A DNA stretch of 20,000 nt from an uncultured virus (IMG/VR IMGVR_UViG_3300026116_000008) (lineage: Duplodnaviria; Heunggongvirae; Uroviricota; Caudoviricetes): IMG/VR virus record IMGVR_UViG_3300026116_000008. One strand, written 5' to 3'. Both the position numbers and the translations under genes were made by a program. This document shows, one piece after another, positions 14,021 through 20,000 of the stretch. Below the pieces are notes generated by a model, which was not told where the DNA came from, did not search any database, and worked only from the letters and a program-made list of their open reading frames with translations. Position 1 is the stretch's first letter; each line of letters opens with the position of its first letter.

Positions 14021-15897
14021 AGCATATTCTGGTCGGCGATTTCGAGACCTACTACGACAAGGATTACTCCCTCCGGCGGCTGACCCCGCCGGAGTACATT
14101 TTAGACCCTCGTTACGAGACCATGTTGCTGGGTGTGCAAGACCTGACATGGGACGGGCCGAAGATTTTAGAGGCGCACGAGATCGCGCCCTTCCTGAAAA
14201 ACTACCCTGCCGAAGAGACCATGTTCATTTCGTTCAACGCGTTGTTTGACGCGGCGATCATGGCGTGGCGGTATCACTGGGTGCCTGCCCGCCTGCAGGA
14301 CGCTCTGGGCATGGTGCGGGCGCTGCGGAATTATCCCCGCAATTCTCTCAAAGAGGTGATGAAACAGCTTTTCGGGCGTGACACCAAGGGCGACACCATC
14401 CACAAGGTGATCGGCATGCGGCCGGCTGACGTGAAGCGCGCGGGCCTGTGGCCGGCTTACAAGACCTACGCCATGGGTGACGTCCGCGACTGCATGCATA
14501 TCTGGCTGAAGCTCTACCCGGAGTTTCCCCTCGAAGAACAGCTGGTGATGGACTTGGTGCTCAAGGCCGCGATCGACCCCCAGCTGCAGGGCGATAAAGA
14601 CATGCTGGCGCAGCACCTGTTCGAGGTCCGCGCGCGCAAGGCCAAGCTGCTCGAAGAGTGCGGTGCCGACAAGGCCGCCCTGATGAGCACGGAGCTATTC
14701 AAGCAGTCGCTTGAGGCACTGGGCGTCGAAATAAAGACGAAGGTGTCTCCGACGGGGCGTGTCGTGCCGCAGTTCGCGAAGAGCGACCCGTTCATGGCGG
14801 AGCTTTTGGAGTACAGCGCGTCATATAACGACGACACAAACACCAAGGTGCAACTCCTCGCGGCCGCGCGTCTGTCCGAGAAGTCCACGATCGAGGAGAC
14901 CCGCGCCGAACGGTTCCTGAAAATCTCCTCGTTGCAGTGGGAACGCGCCGGATACCTGCCGCAGATGTTTCCCATCCCGCTTCGCTACGGCGGCGCGCAC
15001 ACGCATCGGCTCTCTGGCGAATGGAAAATGAACTGCCAGAACCTGCCGCGGGACATTGAGAAGAGCAAACTGCGCTCCGCGCTGATCGCCCCGCCGGGGC
15101 ATACGCTGATCACGGCAGACTTGGCGCAGATCGAGGCGCGCATCGTCGCGTGTCTCGCCGGGCAGACCAACCTCGTTGAGCAATTCGCCGCCGGCGAGGA
15201 CGTCTATGCGTCGTTCGCGTCTTTATTGTTCGGCAAACCTGTCAACAAAAAAGACAATCCAAACGAGCGCTTCATCGGCAAGACTGCAATTCTCGGGCTT
15301 GGCTACGGCTGCGGCGACGAGCGGTTCTACACCATGGTGACCACCGACGCGCGCAAGTACCATATTCCGCTCGAAGGACTATTCGACAGAGGCACTGCGA
15401 CGATCACGGTTAATACATACCGCAACCTGTTCGCGCAGTACATCGCCGCGTCGTGGCGCAAGCTGGACAAGATGCTGCGGATCATGGAGAGCCCGAGCAA
15501 CAATCTCCTCGTTTGGGGCCCGGTAAAATTTACAAGTTCGAAGATTATTCTTCCGAACAAGATGACGTTGAGGTACACTTTGCCCGACGAACGCTTGTAC
15601 GGTGCGAAGCTGCTTGAGAACATCACTCAGGCGCTGGCTCGTATTGTCGTGATGTCGGCCGCGGTGCGGCTCAGTCAGCGTTACTGGTTACGTTTCGTGC
15701 TGCAGACCCATGACGAACTGGGCTTCATCGTCCAGAACCATGAAGTCGCGAGCGCGGCACGGGCGATCGAACTGGAAATGACCACGCCTCCGGATTGGAT
15801 GCCCAATCTACCGCTGGCGGTCGAGGTCAAGGCGGGGGCAAATTATGGAAGCTGTATCGACGTCAAAAAATATCTCGCCGGAGCAGTTAATAACTGA
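13957..15897 (+). CDS. polA: Family A DNA polymerase with 3'-5' exonuclease
   Basis: ExoI DFET, ExoII FNALFD, ExoIII YAMGD; motif A DLAQIEAR, motif B RFIGKTAILGLGYG, motif C HDEL. Confidence 0.95.
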   Translation: MDLREARKALVQASPESAGKLKHILVGDFETYYDKDYSLRRLTPPEYILDPRYETMLLGVQDLTWDGPKILEAHEIAPFLKNYPAEETMFISFNALFDAAIMAWRYHWVPARLQDALGMVRALRNYPRNSLKEVMKQLFGRDTKGDTIHKVIGMRPADVKRAGLWPAYKTYAMGDVRDCMHIWLKLYPEFPLEEQLVMDLVLKAAIDPQLQGDKDMLAQHLFEVRARKAKLLEECGADKAALMSTELFKQSLEALGVEIKTKVSPTGRVVPQFAKSDPFMAELLEYSASYNDDTNTKVQLLAAARLSEKSTIEETRAERFLKISSLQWERAGYLPQMFPIPLRYGGAHTHRLSGEWKMNCQNLPRDIEKSKLRSALIAPPGHTLITADLAQIEARIVACLAGQTNLVEQFAAGEDVYASFASLLFGKPVNKKDNPNERFIGKTAILGLGYGCGDERFYTMVTTDARKYHIPLEGLFDRGTATITVNTYRNLFAQYIAASWRKLDKMLRIMESPSNNLLVWGPVKFTSSKIILPNKMTLRYTLPDERLYGAKLLENITQALARIVVMSAAVRLSQRYWLRFVLQTHDELGFIVQNHEVASAARAIELEMTTPPDWMPNLPLAVEVKAGANYGSCIDVKKYLAGAVNN

Positions 15898-16129
15898 GCG
15901 CGGCACCACGCACGGCTGCTTCCACGATAACGCAAGCGTTTCACAAGCGTTGAAACACATCCTGCAGACACGCCCTAATTGGGACAGCCTGCCGGTCATA
16001 CACCGGGAAGCGCTGGAAATGATCTGCCTGAAGATATCGAGGGCGGTTACTGGCGACCACATGGTGGCCGACCACTACGATGACATCGCCGGCTACGCCA
16101 AGCTGATTAGCAAAACCTGTACGAAATGA
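15845..16129 (+). CDS. DUF6378-like phage protein
   Basis: Motifs 'ERG..HG.F', 'LKISR' and 'DHYDDIAGYA'. Confidence 0.7.
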   Translation: MEAVSTSKNISPEQLITERGTTHGCFHDNASVSQALKHILQTRPNWDSLPVIHREALEMICLKISRAVTGDHMVADHYDDIAGYAKLISKTCTK

Positions 16130-16371
16130 CGGGAGATACCGTGATGCCCAAAGGAAGCCGTCCGTTCCCGTTCAACGTTCCTCGCGGCACCCCGATGGCC
16201 GACATGGTCATGGGGACCTGCGGCGACCCCGACTGCGACTGCGTCCATTTTTTGATGTTCGACGAGAACAGAAAGCCGATCGCGCGCACCGTCTTGACGG
16301 GCAAGGAAGCGCTCGAACTCGTCAGGCGAATTCAAGACACCCTTTACGAACGGGCCACGGATCGTGACTGA
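16126..16371 (+). CDS. Hypothetical protein with Cys cluster
   Basis: CGDPDCDCVH motif; overlaps both neighbours. Confidence 0.65.
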   Translation: MTGDTVMPKGSRPFPFNVPRGTPMADMVMGTCGDPDCDCVHFLMFDENRKPIARTVLTGKEALELVRRIQDTLYERATDRD

Positions 16372-17035
16372 AAAAGCGTTCTCGTGGAGCTATTCGCGCC
16401 TCAAAGCCTATGAGGATTGCCCCAACCGTTACTATCAACTCCAGATCGCCAAGAGCGTTCAGGAGGAAAAGACAGAGTTGCTGCAGTGGGGCGACGACGT
16501 CCACAAGGCCATGGCGCTGGCGCTTCTCGGCAAGAAAGAACTTCCGACCACGTTCCGCATCTATCAGCCGTGGGTCGACAAGGTTCTCGCCACGCCGGGC
16601 GAACTGCTCGTCGAAGACCAGTGCCGCTGGGCCATCACCAAGGATTTCGCGCCGACCACATGGTTCTCCAAGACTGTATGGCTGCGGGCCATTGCAGACG
16701 CGGTGAAGCTCAACAAGGAAGTCGCGCTGGTCGTCGACTGGAAGGCCGGAAAATCCCAGAACGGCGACCCGGTGCAGCTGGTGCTCACGTCTTTAATGAT
16801 GTTCGCGCAGTTTCCCGAGCTCAAGGCCGTGCGCAGCGACTTCATCTGGCTGCAGGAAGACCACCAGACCACGCAAGTCGTCTACCGCGAGGAAATTCCA
16901 GACCTGTGGGCCGAGATCATGCCGCGGGTGAAGAAACTGGAGAAAGCCTCGCTCGACAACAGATTTCCACCGAACCCGGGCCGGTTCTGTCGCAGTTGGT
17001 GCCCGGTCCGATCATGTGAGTATCACGGCAAATGA
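16364..17035 (+). CDS. Cas4-like PD-(D/E)XK exonuclease
   Basis: WSYSRL...CP, G..VH, 'IAD', 'VDWKAGK', 'QL', and C-terminal CxxxCxxxxC completing a four-Cys set. Confidence 0.85.
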   Translation: MTEKAFSWSYSRLKAYEDCPNRYYQLQIAKSVQEEKTELLQWGDDVHKAMALALLGKKELPTTFRIYQPWVDKVLATPGELLVEDQCRWAITKDFAPTTWFSKTVWLRAIADAVKLNKEVALVVDWKAGKSQNGDPVQLVLTSLMMFAQFPELKAVRSDFIWLQEDHQTTQVVYREEIPDLWAEIMPRVKKLEKASLDNRFPPNPGRFCRSWCPVRSCEYHGK

Positions 17036-17244
17036 TCCTCCCGCGCCCCGGCACGACGGACATTCTACCAGCGATGGCAAGAGCCGTAAAAGACGAAGTT
17101 CGGAAGAGGCTGCTCAAGCAGGCGCGGGAAGACCTTGGCGCCGTGATCGACGAGGTCATGGCAGACTTCGAAGTTGCGGTCGTGCACTGGCGAAATGAGT
17201 ACGACATGCGGGATACCATCAAGATCGAGATACTACACAAATGA
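17032..17244 (+). CDS. Hypothetical protein (70 aa)
   Basis: ATGA coupling at both ends. Confidence 0.65.
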   Translation: MILPRPGTTDILPAMARAVKDEVRKRLLKQAREDLGAVIDEVMADFEVAVVHWRNEYDMRDTIKIEILHK

Positions 17245-17540
17245 GCGACATACCGAGAGCTAGGGAAATCTTGGAAGCTGCGTTAGCGCACAAGACCCCG
17301 ATCAAACTACGCAAGTGCATCCGCCAAGCGTTGGCGGAAATGTACCGCCGTCCGCAGTACAGGCGCGCTCACGGCACGCGAGCCAAAATGACGCCAGCGC
17401 TCAAGCGCCGCATCAAGCGGTTGGCCAAGCTGCACCCAAGGTGGACACAGCAACACATCGCAGAGAGCGTGAACGTCACCAACGCACGCGTATCCGAGAT
17501 TTTACATCCCGCCAAAAAGAAAAATGCCAGCCGCCGCTAA
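17241..17540 (+). CDS. HTH DNA-binding protein
   Basis: 'TQQHIAESVNVTNARVSEIL' is a classic HTH. Confidence 0.75.
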   Translation: MSDIPRAREILEAALAHKTPIKLRKCIRQALAEMYRRPQYRRAHGTRAKMTPALKRRIKRLAKLHPRWTQQHIAESVNVTNARVSEILHPAKKKNASRR

Positions 17541-17904
17541 GTATCGAGTAACTGACCTTTTCATGCCGCGCAAAGTCAAAGACACCCCCATCCTAGAGAA
17601 AGCCGTCAAGGAAGCAGTCAAACGGCATCTCAAAGACATGGGCGCGTACCAGCACTGGCCGGTGCAGTCAGGCTTCGGCGCTCCCTGCCTCGACTGCCAC
17701 GGCTGCTACAAGGGTTTTTACTTCGCGGTGGAGACTAAACGCCCGGGTAAAAAGCCCACCGCGCAGCAGGAATTTACGATCCAACAAATAAAAGACGCCG
17801 GGGGGCTCGTTTACGTCGTCGACAGTTTGGAGCAAGCTCGTGCCTTCGCCGATCATCTCAAAAGCTACGCAGAAAATCCTGATCCCCCATACGGCGCCCA
17901 TTAA
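17524..17904 (+). CDS. VRR-NUC domain nuclease
   Basis: 'EKAVK', 'G.P.LD', 'FAVETKRPGKKPTAQQ' and 'GG..YVV'. Confidence 0.85.
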   Translation: MPAAAKYRVTDLFMPRKVKDTPILEKAVKEAVKRHLKDMGAYQHWPVQSGFGAPCLDCHGCYKGFYFAVETKRPGKKPTAQQEFTIQQIKDAGGLVYVVDSLEQARAFADHLKSYAENPDPPYGAH

Positions 17905-19390
17905 GGCCCTGTGGGGTGACATTCCGACGCTCGATCACCAAGGCACCACGTTCGCCATCCTGCCGCACAACCCGCGCACGCAAATCCAGCTGCGCGCTGC
18001 CGGCGTGGAAATCCCGGCGCCCGTCCTGACGCATTTTGACTTCCCTGCCGCTGACGGTGGAACGCCGTTCCAAGTGCAGAAAGAGACAGTGGCGCTCGCG
18101 ACGTCGCACCAGCGGGCCTACATCATCAATGATCTCGGCACCGGCAAGACCCGGTCGTCGTTGTGGGCGTGGAAGTATCTCCACGATACGGGCGTCGCCA
18201 AAAAACTTCTGGTCGTCGCGCCGTTGTCCACACTTAAATTCGTGTGGCTGCGCGAGTTCGGCTTGACCATGCCGGGCGTAAAAGTGGCCATTCTGCACGG
18301 CAGCAGGGGGCACCGGCTGGAGCAACTGGCTACCGACGCCGACGCGTACGTCATCAACCACGACGGCCTGCGGACCATCAGCGACGAGCTCCAGCAGCGC
18401 ACAGATATCGACACCATGATCATCGACGAGTTGGCCGTCTACCGGAACAACTCGAAGCGCTCCAAGCACATGCGGGAGTTTGCCAAACGCTTTACGTGGG
18501 TCTGGGGCATGACCGGCAAGCCCATGCCGAACGCGCCGACGGACGTTTGGTCCCAGTGCAGGATTTTAACTCCGCACACCTGTCCGAAATATTTTAGACA
18601 CGCCCAGAGCGCGCTGATGGAGCAGATTTCACAATTTAGATGGGTGCCGAAAGATGGCGCCAAGGAAAAAGCGCTCGAATGGATGCAGCCAAGTGTTCGG
18701 TTTTCACTCGACGACGTCGTTGAACTTCCGGACGTGGTGTACAGGCCGCTAGATGTATTGCTGACAGAGGAACAACTCACTGCATATCGTAAGCTCTCGA
18801 ACGAGTTTGCGATGATGGTCGAGAACCAAAAAATTACAGCTGCAAATGCCGGTGTTGCGCTTGGAAAATTATTGCAAATCGGCTGCGGCTACGTGTACTC
18901 TACAAATCCACTCTACGCGACGCTTGACAGTTCAACGCGCCAAGAGGCCGTTCTTGAGGCTATCGAGGAAGCGCCACAGAAAGTCATCGTGTTCGCGCCG
19001 TGGCGCCACTTGATCGATAATCTGTCGTTGCTCTTTTCAAAGAACAAGATAGATCATGCGGTCATCCATGGAGGAACTAAAAAACGAGACGATATCTTTA
19101 ACGCTTTCCAGAACACGCCTCAGTACCAAGTTTTGTTGTCAGACCCACGGTGCATCGCACACGGTGTGACATTGACGGCGGCGAGCACGATTATCTGGTA
19201 CTCGCCCATTGCCAGCCTCGATGTGTACGAACAAGCCAACGCCCGTATCCGTCGATACGGGCAGAAAAACAAGCAGCTGATTTTACACGTTCAGGCGACC
19301 CCCGTGGAAAAGAAAGTCTACGGGATGCTTCGTAAAAAACAAAAACTGCAGGATGAATTCCTGCGCATGCTGCGTGACTACACACCCTGA
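17840..19390 (+). CDS. SNF2-like superfamily 2 helicase
   Basis: Motif I DLGTGKT, Ia VVAPLS, II IIDE, III MTGKP, V HGVTL, VI QANARIRRYGQ. Confidence 0.9.
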   Translation: MPSPIISKATQKILIPHTAPIKALWGDIPTLDHQGTTFAILPHNPRTQIQLRAAGVEIPAPVLTHFDFPAADGGTPFQVQKETVALATSHQRAYIINDLGTGKTRSSLWAWKYLHDTGVAKKLLVVAPLSTLKFVWLREFGLTMPGVKVAILHGSRGHRLEQLATDADAYVINHDGLRTISDELQQRTDIDTMIIDELAVYRNNSKRSKHMREFAKRFTWVWGMTGKPMPNAPTDVWSQCRILTPHTCPKYFRHAQSALMEQISQFRWVPKDGAKEKALEWMQPSVRFSLDDVVELPDVVYRPLDVLLTEEQLTAYRKLSNEFAMMVENQKITAANAGVALGKLLQIGCGYVYSTNPLYATLDSSTRQEAVLEAIEEAPQKVIVFAPWRHLIDNLSLLFSKNKIDHAVIHGGTKKRDDIFNAFQNTPQYQVLLSDPRCIAHGVTLTAASTIIWYSPIASLDVYEQANARIRRYGQKNKQLILHVQATPVEKKVYGMLRKKQKLQDEFLRMLRDYTP

Positions 19391-19411
19391 CGGAGAACAT
19401 CGGAGAGAACA

Positions 19412-19810
19412 GTGGACCAGAAACGCATCGACACCATGGTCGAGAACTTCATCGCGATCCGGACGCATATCGAGCAGACCGAAGCACTCGTGGATAAGCA
19501 ACTCGCACCATTCAAGGCGAAAAAAGACGAGATCGCCACGGAAATTCTCAAGGCGCTTGACGCCCTCGGCGCCAAGAACATCAAGACCGTCCACGGCACG
19601 GTGAGCGCGCTGGAGAAGTCCACCGCCAGCCTGTCCGACGCCGACGCGTTCATGGAGTTCGTTCGCGAGAACGATCTTTACGAGCTCATGGACCGTCGTG
19701 CCAACGGCACGGCGTGCCGCGAATACGCTAAGTTCAACAACGGTCGGCTGCCGCCGGGCGTCAAACTCAACACGATCCGTTCACTGGGAGTGAGGAAGAA
19801 CCATGGTTGA
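19412..19810 (+). CDS. Conserved replication-module hypothetical protein
   Basis: GGAG RBS; N-terminal coiled coil, 'KT.HGTV' and 'LPPGV'. Confidence 0.7.
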   Translation: MDQKRIDTMVENFIAIRTHIEQTEALVDKQLAPFKAKKDEIATEILKALDALGAKNIKTVHGTVSALEKSTASLSDADAFMEFVRENDLYELMDRRANGTACREYAKFNNGRLPPGVKLNTIRSLGVRKNHG

Positions 19811-20000
19811 TAACACCAAAATCCAAGTCGCAGACGCGTTCAAGCATCTCGATCCAAACCAGAAGCTCGCGGAGAACATCTCGGCCGGCTTCAGCCGCGT
19901 TGTCTTCAAGGGCAAGACGTGGGCCCTGATGCATCAGGGCACCAAGCACCTGTTCGTACGGAAGGACGATGGGACGCCCCTGCCGTACCTCGACGTCATT
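19803..20000 (+). CDS. 5' part of a possible ssDNA-binding/annealing protein (runs off the window edge)
   Basis: GAGGA RBS; MVDNTKIQVADAFKHLDPNQKLAENISAGFSRVVFKGKTW...YLDVI is open to the edge. Function is inferred from gene position only. Confidence 0.5.
   Translation, partial: MVDNTKIQVADAFKHLDPNQKLAENISAGFSRVVFKGKTWALMHQGTKHLFVRKDDGTPLPYLDVI

Noticed and set aside
16364..17035. Cas4-like gene as evidence of a CRISPR-Cas system
   Set aside because: No array or other cas genes; such nucleases are normal in phage replication modules
5848..18469. Long minus-strand ORFs (e.g. 5848-6498, 7062-7676, 10677-11342, 12330-12956, 17858-18469)
   Set aside because: Antisense shadows of GC-rich + strand genes with no recognisable motifs

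Overview
The window looks like part of a tailed dsDNA bacteriophage genome. It is GC-rich in the coding part, nearly all genes are on the + strand, and it has no structural genes or integrase. 1-277 is the start of a divergent HTH-type gene. About 280-1600 is a non-coding control region with G-tracts, a lambda cosQ-like motif and an origin-like array of inverted repeats around an AT-rich core. About 1620-13750 is an early or accessory region: a MoxR/CobS-like AAA+ ATPase, a vWA-like partner, a DUF3150-like protein, a MazG-like enzyme, a Cro-like HTH protein and many small ORFs, punctuated by sigma70-type promoters and terminators. About 13950-20000 is a replication module: family A DNA polymerase (Leu at the Pol I 762 position), Cas4-like nuclease, VRR-NUC, SNF2-like helicase and the start of a possible SSB. 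The main finding is two complete type II hammerhead self-cleaving ribozymes (2906-2959 and 4064-4124). Each lies just after a stop codon and is followed by a related leader and RBS, so the first early transcript appears to process itself. Other findings are a 17-bp operator inside early promoters, further structured intergenic RNAs, a tRNA 3'-half remnant and four unannotated membrane micro-ORFs. All protein family calls come from motif recognition, not database searches.
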